A stretch of DNA of 64,000 nt. It comes from Candidatus Woesearchaeota archaeon. GTDB taxonomy: Archaea > Nanobdellota > Nanobdellia > Woesearchaeales > GW2011-AR9. The stretch is from contig JAGVZN010000010.1 of NCBI GenBank assembly GCA_018302605.1, forward strand, positions 65,013-129,012, read 5' to 3'. The translations under genes and the position numbers were made by a program. Shown here piece by piece: positions 28,793-39,000 of the stretch. How positions within the stretch are numbered: position 1 is the first letter of the stretch; each line of letters opens with the position of its first letter. The notes under the pieces were generated by a model, which did not search any database, was not told the DNA's origin, and worked only from the letters and a program-made list of their open reading frames with translations.

Positions 28793-29288
28793 TTCCGCAG
28801 ATCGTCTTGTTGAAGCGTTGAAAGATATTCCCTCTGCTCCAATTCCCACATTACGGCGAGTGCAGGACGCTTTTGCCTATTTGGGAGAGTTTGGTCACAA
28901 TTCTCTGGGGGGATGTGGTCATGATCCAAAAACACACATTAGCGATGATGTTGTCCGCCAGCGCGCCAGAGACATTGCTTTAGCGTATAACCAGCGCTCT
29001 CTTCTCCGTGATCAGCAGGGATTGGAATTAGAAGGAATCTTTAGGCCGTTGGCCGGCGGCTGCCGCTTCGTGTACTATGACCGAGCAGAACTGGGTCAAA
29101 GACATTATTCTTGGGAAGATCTTGTTCTTACTTCCCAGCCAGGATTGGAGGGGCAGGCGTATCGTTTTCAGACTGATCAGGAGCCGATCACGTTGCGTCG
29201 GAGAGATTCACTTCGCGCCGAACAGAGCATTTGTTCCAAGTTCGTCGATCAATGTCGTCTTTGGTGCGCGGGTGTTGGCTCACAGTAG
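28758..29288 (+). CDS. hypothetical protein
   Basis: 176-aa ORF overlapping the MgtC end. Start uncertain (internal ATGs at 28773 and 28782). Confidence 0.3.
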   Translation: MVRRAMKRMETDSADRLVEALKDIPSAPIPTLRRVQDAFAYLGEFGHNSLGGCGHDPKTHISDDVVRQRARDIALAYNQRSLLRDQQGLELEGIFRPLAGGCRFVYYDRAELGQRHYSWEDLVLTSQPGLEGQAYRFQTDQEPITLRRRDSLRAEQSICSKFVDQCRLWCAGVGSQ

Positions 29289-29420
29289 GCTTTGTGTAAA
29301 AAGTGGGGATTGCGAAGATGTGCATAGTGGAAAGCGATACTTCAGACCAAGTTCAGAACCGATTTTAAGCGAAAAACAATTTCTGTCTTTTCCTAAATCA
29401 CTTCTAAAAATCGGCACTGT

Positions 29421-29486
29421 GTACAAGAAATGAAACAAAGATTTCATTTCTGTGCAGAAATACGATAGTTTTCGTATTTCTTGTAC
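29421..29486. promoter_or_regulatory. nested triple palindrome upstream of cysS
   Basis: GTACAAGAAAT...ATTTCTTGTAC encloses two hairpins, GAAATGAAA/TTTCATTTC and AGAAATACGA/TCGTATTTCT. It lies ~170 nt upstream of the cysS start. Confidence 0.4.
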
Positions 29487-29655
29487 CGCAACCTCAAACA
29501 CAGTGACTTTTTCCACAAAGCTCTCACATTAGGCACAATCCATTTTGTGAGTGATGGTGAGCCGTCGCTGAAGCCAATTTTAAGAAATTTCAGAGATACA
29601 GAAGAAAATTGGCCCAGTTCCAGTATTATTATAATCTCTTCTCCATCATCATTTC

Positions 29656-31047
29656 ATGTCGCTTACGCTATACAATACCCTCACCCGCAGGAAAGAGCTG
29701 TTTGTTCCGCTGAAGAAAAGCCAGGTTGGCCTGTACACTTGCGGTCCGACGGTGTATAATTATGTCCATATTGGCAACTTACGGGCCTATCTCTTTGATG
29801 ACACGCTCAAACGCACACTTCTCTTCAATAAATATCCCGTTAAGCATGTGATGAACATCACTGATGTTGGTCACTTGACTTCCGATCAGGACGAAGGTGA
29901 AGACAAGATGCGCAAAGGGGCTCTGCGGGAAAAGAAGACGGTGTGGGAAATTGCTGAATTTTACACCGAAGCCTTTTTGGAAAATATGAAAAAATTAAAC
30001 ATTCTTTCTCCTGACATCTTCTGTAAAGCGACCGATCACATCACAGAACAGATAGCCTTAATCCAAAAGCTGGAACAGAAAGGCTTTACTTATTTCCGGG
30101 GGGGCAATGTTTATTTTGACACTTCTCAATTAGATGATTATGGCAAACTGGCCAAATTAGATCTCCGCGCAGAAACACGGGGGCGTGTACGAAAGGATTC
30201 CAACAAAAAGAATCCCCACGATTTTGTCCTCTGGTTTACCAAATCAAAATTTCAGGAACAGGAGATGAAGTGGCCTTCTCCCTGGGGAGTCGGTTATCCC
30301 GGCTGGCATATTGAATGTTCTGCGATGTCAATCAAATATCTGGGAAAACAGTTTGATATCCATTGCGGCGGGATTGACCACATTCCGGTTCATCACAGCA
30401 ACGAGATTGCCCAATCGGAAGCGGCTCTTGGCAAAAAACCCTGGGTTAAATATTGGCTGCATAATGAGTTTCTGGTCCTTGGGCAGGGCGAGAAAATGGC
30501 TAAGTCTGGCGAGAATTTCATTACTTTTGCTACATTAGAAGAGAAAGGTTATCATCCCCTGGATTTCCGTTATTTTTGTCTGGGTACACACTATCGCCAC
30601 CCGTTGATGTTCAGCTACGAAGCATTAGATGGGGCCAAAACTGCACGGAAAAGATTGAATGAGAAAGTTATCGAGCTTAAAAAAGTGAAAAGCACGGCAT
30701 CTGCTGTTCGGCAAAAGAAATATCTGGACCAATTCACTGCGCAAGTCAATGATGATCTGAATACTCCCCAAGCTCTCGCTACAATGTGGGATATGTTAAA
30801 AGACGGCGTGCTTTCGGCAAAAGATAAACTGGGTCTTCTCTTGAAATTCGATGCCATTTTCGGTTTGGATCTAAAGACAGCCGAAGAAGAGAAAATTCCT
30901 CCGCAAGTTCTTCGCTTGGCTCTAGAACGTTTACAAGCTCGTCAGAAGAAAGACTGGAAGAAATCTGATGAATTACGGGGAAAGATAAATCAGCTCGGGT
31001 ATACTATTGGTGATACTAAGGACGGGTTTGAATTGAAGAAAGAGTGA
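29656..31047 (+). CDS. cysS: cysteinyl-tRNA synthetase
   Basis: CGPTVYNYVHIGN (HIGH-type) and KMAKSGENF (KMSKS-type) motifs. Confidence 0.9.
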   Translation: MSLTLYNTLTRRKELFVPLKKSQVGLYTCGPTVYNYVHIGNLRAYLFDDTLKRTLLFNKYPVKHVMNITDVGHLTSDQDEGEDKMRKGALREKKTVWEIAEFYTEAFLENMKKLNILSPDIFCKATDHITEQIALIQKLEQKGFTYFRGGNVYFDTSQLDDYGKLAKLDLRAETRGRVRKDSNKKNPHDFVLWFTKSKFQEQEMKWPSPWGVGYPGWHIECSAMSIKYLGKQFDIHCGGIDHIPVHHSNEIAQSEAALGKKPWVKYWLHNEFLVLGQGEKMAKSGENFITFATLEEKGYHPLDFRYFCLGTHYRHPLMFSYEALDGAKTARKRLNEKVIELKKVKSTASAVRQKKYLDQFTAQVNDDLNTPQALATMWDMLKDGVLSAKDKLGLLLKFDAIFGLDLKTAEEEKIPPQVLRLALERLQARQKKDWKKSDELRGKINQLGYTIGDTKDGFELKKE

Positions 31048-31263
31048 TTTAATCTTATGAATTCAGAAAAATCTTGTTTGGTAAGTCTATATGACCCCCA
31101 TCCTGGATTTGCCGGGGCAGCGATTTCTCTTCCTACTTCAATGAGAGAAGCAGTACATCAGTACGGGGTGAGACGGCTTCACGCATTTTTATGATTTAGG
31201 GCTTAGAATCATCGAGGAAAGCGGCGTCATCCATTTCTTTCGACTGCTACGAGATCAATAATC

Positions 31264-31283
31264 GTATCTGTTTAGCTTTTCTG
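31264..31283 (+). repeat. partial copy of the ~47-nt intergenic motif
   Basis: GTATCTGTTTAGCTTTTCTGG lies between convergent cysS and the hydrolase gene. Confidence 0.4.
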
Positions 31284-31288
31284 GTAAT

Positions 31289-33733
31289 CTACTCTTTCCC
31301 AATACCTTTCTTAACCGCTTCATACACTTCCGGATATTTCCAGACGTCCAATAATTCTGTATGCAACACTGAAAATGTCGAACACTCGCCTTGCACCAAG
31401 ACCTTTTCTGCACCATCCAATTCTGCATTGCGTTCCAAGACCACGCCATCGCCATCCTCACCATTCATCGCGCAGCCCGTCCCGATGATCGTTGTCACGG
31501 GAAGCGGTGGTAGGATCCCGTTCTTTAATTTGTTCATAAACACACTTTCAGCGTTCATGTCCTGACACTCACGCTGCTCGCCGATGACATCACAATACTC
31601 AGCAACATCGCCTTCGATTCCCTGGTGCGGCGTGCCAATCGTCACCAGCCTGGCGACGTTTCCTGCGCCGAAAATCTGCATGTATCTTCGCGCAACCAGG
31701 CCGCCCATACTGTGGGCAACAAGAATCACTTTTGGCCTTCCCGTCTGATAAACGATCGTGTCCAGAATCTCTTTCAGCCGCAGGGCATAGACATCGATGT
31801 TCTCGCTCTTTGCCTGAATAACGACATAATTCTCCGGGGTTTGCAACAGATCCACATAATAACTCGCTTTCATTGTCAGCGGGACGTTGAACAAGCCGAA
31901 TATTCCTGAGGGCAGGTCCTTTTTCGTGTACATGGAAACCGCTCCGGCATTGACGAACCCATCTTTTTCCAGTTTCAGCTGGATGCCGTTGAACGCATCA
32001 AGACTATACTCATACGAGGTATCTTTGTTAACCGCATGGCCGTGCAGGAAAACGATTGGGTAATAAGAGGCATTTTCCCGGCAGCTTGGTTCCGTACAGC
32101 AGGTCTGACATTGTTGATTTAGGCAGCATTGGGCCGGCGGTTGTTCGAAGGTTATTACTGGCGCTATCGATGTAGAATCACCTGCTGTTTCTCCGGTAGA
32201 AACCGCTTTGGCGGTTATCGGCAGAACCGCAATTCCTGCTTTAATTGGCTCACATTCGGGGGGAATGTTCTCGAGGACTTTGAGAAGAACAGCGGGAGTA
32301 AGATCATACTCTGGGAAAGATGGAGTAGGAAGCAGGCGGCTAAAGAGTAATAATTCTCGAAGTACTTTTGTGTTTGGTGCGGCTGGGGGAATTTCTTCTC
32401 TGAGAGGGTTGATTATTTTCTGCTGCGCATTTTCGGAAAGTGTCTTGATTGTTGTCGTGAATTCCTCTGTCGTGGGATAATTCTGGGCAGCTGCCTGTTG
32501 TTGGAGGGTAGGTTTGATGATTGAGTTTAGTGCATGCAGATCGTGGACGGAGGCGCAGGCGGAGGTGAGATTAGCAGGTACTTGCCAGGCAAGTTCTGGA
32601 ATGGTTGGTGTGGTTAGGCAGGAATTAAATTCCTGACACAAGACTATGGCGATACTCTTACTTTGGAGAGCGAGGGAAAGAACATCATGATTGGTTTGGA
32701 CAAATGTCTTATTATCCAGAGCGAAAACTGTTAGGTTGTAGCTCTCGCTGACTGATTGTTTCATCATCAATGGTGTTCGGGAATTAAACGTAACTGTTAC
32801 ATTGTTATATTCCGAGATCGTTTTTTGGATCTCTGCCGCAAGTTCTTTATCGACTACTGTCGTTTCGCTGAGCCTGCTTAATACTTTCCCTGCTTGATCC
32901 ATCGCGCTGATTGCGGAGTTGTACACGTTGAGATTCTGTTCTACGAGTGTTATTGCGGTGGCAATTTTAGCGTGCTGCTCGGGGAAATTAGAGAAAGAGA
33001 TCTTGTTGGTTAACTGCAGATAGTCTTCGGCTAGCCAATAACTCTGCCATCCTTGAAATTGTTGGAAGAGGATAGTATACTCCGCTTCTGCTTCCTGGAG
33101 TGTGGCCCGCAGCGGTTCAACGACGAGCGATTCATTGATTTTGAGGATTGTATTTTTCTGTGATTCTATTGTTTTTTTTGCGGTGGTCAGGTTTTCTGTT
33201 TTGAGAGTTAGGTCGGCAAAGACTATTTCTTTTGCGGCCTGCTCTTCTGCGCTGAGATTATATTCGACCATGACCAGCCGGTTGCGCAGTGTTGGCTTCT
33301 CGTTGGTATGACAGAGAAAAGTTTCCCTGCCGGCACATTCCAGCCGCACCTGTATGGGGATCGTACCGTGGCCTTGTTCCGTGACAGAAAAGGAAACTTG
33401 CCGATCCAAGCCTCGTCCCGGCCGGAGGGTTGCCTGTTCTTCCGCCAGCACCGTTCCATCCACCATATTTTCAACTCGTAACGTACATTCCGCGCTGCAA
33501 AAAGGGTTTGTGGTCACGCTCGCCTTAACGAGGAGGGCTGCTGTTTCTCTTTTGGTTACCTGAAGCAGCTGCGGCGAGACTTCGACTGTCGCCACGACAT
33601 TATTCCCCAAGAGGAAGTTGATATAAAGATAGATCTGCGTCCCGAAGAAAGAGAGAAGAATGATCACAGCTATAATCAATGTTATTGCTATCTTGCGATG
33701 CTCGTTCCAGAACCGGGCCAGCCTCTTTTTCAT
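31289..33733 (-). CDS. membrane-anchored protein with large extracytoplasmic region and C-terminal alpha/beta-hydrolase (lipase-like) domain
   Basis: N-terminal TM. C-terminal YYPIVFLHGH...ILVAHSMGGLVARRY (GxSxG nucleophile elbow), reminiscent of PGAP1/lipase class 2. Confidence 0.6.
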   Translation of the reverse strand: MKKRLARFWNEHRKIAITLIIAVIILLSFFGTQIYLYINFLLGNNVVATVEVSPQLLQVTKRETAALLVKASVTTNPFCSAECTLRVENMVDGTVLAEEQATLRPGRGLDRQVSFSVTEQGHGTIPIQVRLECAGRETFLCHTNEKPTLRNRLVMVEYNLSAEEQAAKEIVFADLTLKTENLTTAKKTIESQKNTILKINESLVVEPLRATLQEAEAEYTILFQQFQGWQSYWLAEDYLQLTNKISFSNFPEQHAKIATAITLVEQNLNVYNSAISAMDQAGKVLSRLSETTVVDKELAAEIQKTISEYNNVTVTFNSRTPLMMKQSVSESYNLTVFALDNKTFVQTNHDVLSLALQSKSIAIVLCQEFNSCLTTPTIPELAWQVPANLTSACASVHDLHALNSIIKPTLQQQAAAQNYPTTEEFTTTIKTLSENAQQKIINPLREEIPPAAPNTKVLRELLLFSRLLPTPSFPEYDLTPAVLLKVLENIPPECEPIKAGIAVLPITAKAVSTGETAGDSTSIAPVITFEQPPAQCCLNQQCQTCCTEPSCRENASYYPIVFLHGHAVNKDTSYEYSLDAFNGIQLKLEKDGFVNAGAVSMYTKKDLPSGIFGLFNVPLTMKASYYVDLLQTPENYVVIQAKSENIDVYALRLKEILDTIVYQTGRPKVILVAHSMGGLVARRYMQIFGAGNVARLVTIGTPHQGIEGDVAEYCDVIGEQRECQDMNAESVFMNKLKNGILPPLPVTTIIGTGCAMNGEDGDGVVLERNAELDGAEKVLVQGECSTFSVLHTELLDVWKYPEVYEAVKKGIGKE

Positions 33734-33815
33734 CCCCGATCATAAAGAGGAACAAAGCTATAAAGCTTACGGCTGGTGTACAACCCCTCCCACTTGTTGA
33801 TGTTATCACTCACTC

Positions 33816-34190
33816 TCAATGCCTTCGGCTTTTTTTGTTTCGATTCTTTCTCTTACTACCATTATTTTCCACATAGCGGGCATGCCTGGCTATCCCTCTT
33901 TTCTGAACATTACTTGCCGATGCCAGCATCAGAATCAAGAAGAGAAAGAGAAGATAGCGCGACAGGCTACCCGTCGCGATGAGCGAAAAGAGATTCAGAA
34001 AGTCAATAATTGTGGCGATGAATAAAATGCCAAAAGCGTAGGTATGCAGGAAACAGAGATACCCCATTTTTCCCCGCCGGTGGAGGATCTGCGAACTGAG
34101 ATAATACGCAGTGATTGCCCCCGCCAAGATAATATTCAAGCTTCCAACGACGATCCGGCTCGTCATTCCCATAAACCATTCTAACACCAT
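33816..34190 (-). CDS. hypothetical membrane protein
   Basis: 124 aa with three hydrophobic helices and a basic C-terminus. Confidence 0.3.
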   Translation of the reverse strand: MVLEWFMGMTSRIVVGSLNIILAGAITAYYLSSQILHRRGKMGYLCFLHTYAFGILFIATIIDFLNLFSLIATGSLSRYLLFLFLILMLASASNVQKRGIARHARYVENNGSKRKNRNKKSRRH

Positions 34191-34224
34191 AGTTTCACCT
34201 TTTTTTTCTTTTTTTGTATTTGTT

Positions 34225-35262
34225 TTATCTTTCTTTTTTTCGATTTGATTTTATTTTCCTTCTAAGCATCAACCAGGCAGGGAGCAGAAAAATCAACAGG
34301 AAAATAAACATGGTCAGAATAAGGAAAGACCTATCTTCTCCACCCAGAAAATAAACTGCTCTGCATCTCTCTTTCACAAAAGTGTGATCATACCATTGGT
34401 CTTCCTCCGTTCCCGCACCGTCCAGACAGCCGAAATATCCGTGATGAAACAGAAATGCGGGGAGCAGCTTTGCCGTCTCTTCTGCTCTCTGAAGCGTCGT
34501 CCGGTTGTCATATTCAAAGACATATTCTGCCACTTCTGCCGGATGGTCGAGAGCATACTTCCAGCCGTTCAATGAAGCATCGACAAAATTCTGGACCATC
34601 TTTGGATCCTCTTTAATAAACTGCGTTGATGCCAAGATCAATCCTCCATGGTCATCAATTCCGTAATCTGCGGCTTCGATGATGTGCAGATCATGCCCTT
34701 CCAATTTCGCGGTGACGGGCAGGCCGAAGAAGGATCCGGCAAAGACATCGACCGTATCGTTATAAAAATACTGCGCATTCTCTTCGATGTTCACGATTTT
34801 GACTTCATTGCGCGGAACTCTGACGTTCTCCAGAACCCTTTCGATAACCGCTCTGCTGAGTTCACTGCGTATGCCGATCGTCTTCCCGGCAAAGTCTTTC
34901 GGTGTCTTGACTATTGAGTTGGCCAGCATGGTAAAGACCACCGGTGATTTCTGGTATACGGCCGCGACTGCTTTGATGTCGTAGCCTTCCGTCCTTGCTG
35001 TTTTTAGACCATCTCGGCTGGCGATGCCAAACTCCGCGCCAGTTCTGAACATTTCTTCTCCGATATTGGTGGTGGAATTGCCTTCGATGAATCGAACATC
35101 GAGATTTGCATCGTGGTAATATCCCTGATGCAGCGCGGCGTAGTATCCAGCAAAAAGAAAATCGTGCTGATAATAGAGCTGGATGCGGATCGGTGTCGTC
35201 TGATGCGCCGCAGACACGAATAAAGTGAACGAGAAGATCAGCAGGATGCCGATGGCTAGCAT
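34225..35262 (-). CDS. NMT1/THI5-like (SsuA-type) substrate-binding protein with C-terminal TM anchor
   Basis: Signal peptide MLAIGILLIFSFTLFVSA. Periplasmic-binding-protein-like core. C-terminal hydrophobic anchor plus basic tail. Confidence 0.55.
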   Translation of the reverse strand: MLAIGILLIFSFTLFVSAAHQTTPIRIQLYYQHDFLFAGYYAALHQGYYHDANLDVRFIEGNSTTNIGEEMFRTGAEFGIASRDGLKTARTEGYDIKAVAAVYQKSPVVFTMLANSIVKTPKDFAGKTIGIRSELSRAVIERVLENVRVPRNEVKIVNIEENAQYFYNDTVDVFAGSFFGLPVTAKLEGHDLHIIEAADYGIDDHGGLILASTQFIKEDPKMVQNFVDASLNGWKYALDHPAEVAEYVFEYDNRTTLQRAEETAKLLPAFLFHHGYFGCLDGAGTEEDQWYDHTFVKERCRAVYFLGGEDRSFLILTMFIFLLIFLLPAWLMLRRKIKSNRKKER

Positions 35263-35322
35263 TTTCTTCGCCGTCCGAGAAGATCAGCAGGATGCCGATG
35301 GCTAGCATTTTCTTCGCCGTCT
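35231..35322. repeat. 46-bp tandem duplication spanning the 5' end of the substrate-binding-protein gene
   Basis: Unit GAGAAGATCAGCAGGATGCCGATGGCTAGCATTTTCTTCGCCGTC(C/T) occurs at 35231-35276 and again at 35277-35322. It duplicates the MLAIGILLIFS codons and separates the upstream ATG (35329) from the ORF by a non-multiple-of-3 length. Confidence 0.65.
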
Positions 35323-35445
35323 TCTTCATTGGAGCTGTTTCTCCGCTGATCTGGTTTGTCTTTGGTCTCATTTTTAATTCATTTTTCCTCTCATTTTTGT
35401 CTCCCATTTCTGCTCGTCTGTTCATTTTTTATTTTTGAGTATCTT

Positions 35446-36033
35446 TCATCTGTTCTGTATCTTCATCAACTGCCGCGTGAATGCATAAGTCACGATGATG
35501 AACGTGAAAGAGATGAGCCCGATCAGCCCAAGCAGGATGTAAATGAGTTCTATCTCCGAACGCTCTCGGTTGAGGATGGTCAGCGAGCGTGTCGCCTCCG
35601 TCTCTTTCCCGGCAAATTCTGCCCTCACTCTCAGCTGGTAATTGCCGCTGTTGAGGTAAAGGGGAATATAGATGCTCTTGACAAATGTTCCTGATGTCTG
35701 GACGGCCACCGTTTCGCTCACTTCCAGGACGTCCTCTTGCTTACCGTCTGCCTGTTCGGCCTGAAGAGTATATCTCAAGACAATATCCTCCGGCTTCTCT
35801 AGACCATGATTGACGAGCCGTGTGGACACGACAATCGTCCCGCCCACATTGATCTCGGCAAATTCCGGAAGCAAAGCTATACTAATGCCCAGCGTTGGTG
35901 TGTCATCTCCATTGCTGGACATGACGCTGACGCTTGCTAGAGAGAGCAGCAAAGCGGAGATCAGCAGTATTTTCACGAGTTCATTGTTCTTCTTGTTCTT
36001 CTTTTTACTCTTCATTAGTGTCATTGTGGTCAT
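35446..36033 (-). CDS. small secreted, C-terminally anchored protein
   Basis: 195 aa with an N-terminal basic/hydrophobic signal and a C-terminal TM (IYILLGLIGLISFTFIIV). Overlaps the upstream giant gene by 4 nt. Confidence 0.4.
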   Translation of the reverse strand: MTTMTLMKSKKKNKKNNELVKILLISALLLSLASVSVMSSNGDDTPTLGISIALLPEFAEINVGGTIVVSTRLVNHGLEKPEDIVLRYTLQAEQADGKQEDVLEVSETVAVQTSGTFVKSIYIPLYLNSGNYQLRVRAEFAGKETEATRSLTILNRERSEIELIYILLGLIGLISFTFIIVTYAFTRQLMKIQNR

Positions 36034-39000
36034 CGGGAATGATTCTCCCCATCCTTTTTTTTCTTCTCTTTTCGTGTCATTTCCATCACCGGAAGCCCAG
36101 AGTGTTCATCCTGTTTTTTTTCTTGTTGACTAAATGGGGGCAGAAGATTTTCGATCTTAAAATTCACTTCAGAATCTATTGTGGAAGATAGTTGTTCATT
36201 TTGAACATTCTGAACCCGGAGAAAATCTTTTTTTATTCTCTGTTTATTCTGTGGATAGCTTTCTTGTCGGGATATTTTCTTAACTTTTCTGTTGCTGTTT
36301 CTTGCCGCGCGGCCAGCCCGCCGCATTCCCGTTTTTCTCTTTTTTTGCCATTTTTCCTGGCTGAGACTGAGAACCGCAAACAAGAAGAGGCCCAAGATGA
36401 CTATCTCAAAGATGATCAACGGCAGGTTTTCTTTTCGTTTAGCGATCACGGTAAACGCGGCGCTGGATTCGGCCAGTTTGCTTTCTCCGGTTCTTTCTCC
36501 GTATACTATTTTTGTCTTAATCTGATATTCTCCAATTGGGAGAAGAGGAAGAAAGAGCGCACTGGCCAATTTCTCTTCCCGCCTGACCGCGAGATCCTCT
36601 TTCCATTCTTGGATCAGATCATTGCTATGCAGGAGTTGTATCGTCAAGAGCACTTCGGTGTCAATCTCCGTCCCGCCGAATTTGAGAAAAGTAATTTCCA
36701 AAGGTAGTTCTCGCGTTCCTTCCTCGATTTCCTGCCTGCCGGGCGGGATTGTCAGAATGATGTCAAAGAGTACTTCTGGTTCTTCCGGCCCCGTCCTTTC
36801 CTTCGTGCCGGCCAACGTGACGCATTTTCCCCGCTGCAGCGTCATCCCTTCGGGGCAGACAGTTCCGCCGTCACCGTTTGCCCTGCCGCCTCCGCTGCCA
36901 CCACCTCCTGCCACAACAGTTGTTTCTGCTGCTGCTTCTGCCTGTGTTCCGAGCAAAGCCGAATGATTCAGGCCACTGACGATCAATGTGTTATTATCAT
37001 CACGACAGGAAATACCTTGCTGAGTAATCCCGGAACTGTTGCCCAGGCAAGCGCTGAGATCTGTCTCATCCTCTTCCGTGCACTCCAAACTGATTTCAGC
37101 GAGAGAAGCGATCTCCGCATCTTTGACACAAAACGAAAGGAAAGAATCGTCCGTGATCAACAACGTTTTGGTCTCATTTTCCTGCAGCTGGTCACTGATG
37201 TTGACGATCAGCGCTGTTGCTGTGCGTGTAATGCGGATCCGGCTTAGGTTCAATGTGCTCGTGGAGAAGTTGTGTGAGAAATTGAGAAAAGGAGATGTTC
37301 CATCCTGAAAGAGGATGGTCTGTGTTCCAGTAAAGGTGTTCCCCGTTGGCGGCAGTCCTCCGACCGTGATGTTCAACTGGACAATTCCCGAGGCGGTTAC
37401 GGCAGATTCGTTGCCTAGCAAGGTATCGTTGGCATCCGGAACAAAGTCATTGTCATCGTCTGTTGCATTGACCGTGAATTGGATGGCCGCGGAATTATTC
37501 TGATTGCCCAAGCTGTCATTCGCAATGAAGATGATCGTATACTGGCCAAGAAGCGGCGGGGAGACGAATGATCCATTATAGCGTTCAAGTGTATTCAGCA
37601 GGCTGATGATCTCGTCTGTCCCGTTGGGGTACGTGACGTTTGCCTGTACCTTATCGATGAGTGAGGCATCAGTGACATTGACTGCTAATTCGATTATCGC
37701 CGGATAATCAAAGATACTTCCTGATGTGGGGATAGTTCCCGAAAGAATGGGGGAAAGGGTGTCGTTGACGACAAAAGTGATAGCCGTAACTTTCATATTC
37801 CCCAATGAATCATTGGCAGACAAGCGTGCGGTATATGTGCCGACAGCGCTTAGTGCATCTGAGATCAGCAGTCTGCCGCTGACATTCTCTGTCTGGGCAA
37901 GCAGTGTGCCGTTTGGAAAAGTGAGATTAAAGATAACACTTTGCAGATTGGGATCGGCAGCAGACCAGGTGATATTGACCGCTTCCTCGCCAAGTTTGAT
38001 GGTAGAGTCGTTGAGCGAAAAGATGAGTGTAGGGAGGATCGTATCGTTTACGCTGAATGTGATCTCAGTTTCATTTTTGTTTCCTGCAGAATCGTCGGCC
38101 AGTGCCTGGACTGAGTATATCCCCGAGCTGATGAGTTCTAGCGGCGTGAGGGTAAAGTTTCCAGAATTATTCTCGGAGCTGATGATCAGCGATCCGTTAG
38201 GAAATGTGATGTTGATGAGAGTCAGATTCAGATGGATATCACTGATCTGCCAGGAGAGCAGCAGACTGCTCTGATTTAACTCTGCCGTCGTCGCATTCAG
38301 CGTCAGGTTTATCTCCGGCAACGTCCCATCTACGGTGATCGTCCGCGGTTCGGTCAGGTTGATATTCCCCGAAGTATCATTGACAAACAGGCGGAAGACA
38401 TACGTTCCTTCTGAAACACCGGTCTTGCTGGAGAAACAGAATGTATTCCCTCCTCCCAGTGTTGCTGACTCATTAACCCCGTCTAATTCCAAGCTGCATC
38501 CGCCGATCGCCACGAGATCTTCGATACTGGCATTGATAGTAAAGCTTGTGTTGACAATGGAATTGTTTTCCGGTGTGGGGTTGACAAAGGCAATCAGCGG
38601 GGCGGCAAGGTCTTGACTACTGCTCACCAGGAAGGTTGTGTTTGCCTGCTGCAGCCAGCCGGCAGAATCGTTTGCTTCTGTCCGAAGGAGATATGTTCCT
38701 TCCGCAACAAGCACCGTTGGCGGATAGACCAGCGCTCCACTATTATTATTTGTCTGGATAACCAGCGTTCCATTGGGGTAGGTCAGATTGAAAGCGGTCG
38801 TGTGCAGGTTGCTGTCATTGGCCTGCCAGCTGATGTTGATGGAGTCCGTATTGAATTCTAACACTGTGGCGTTTAGGGAGAGATTTAATGATGGCAGGAT
38901 GGTATCTACAATAAATTCTCTGAGTGCTGTCTGGTTTTCATTACCAGAAGAATCCACTACATATGCCCTAAATGTATGTGCGCCTTCGCCAAGTCCGGAT

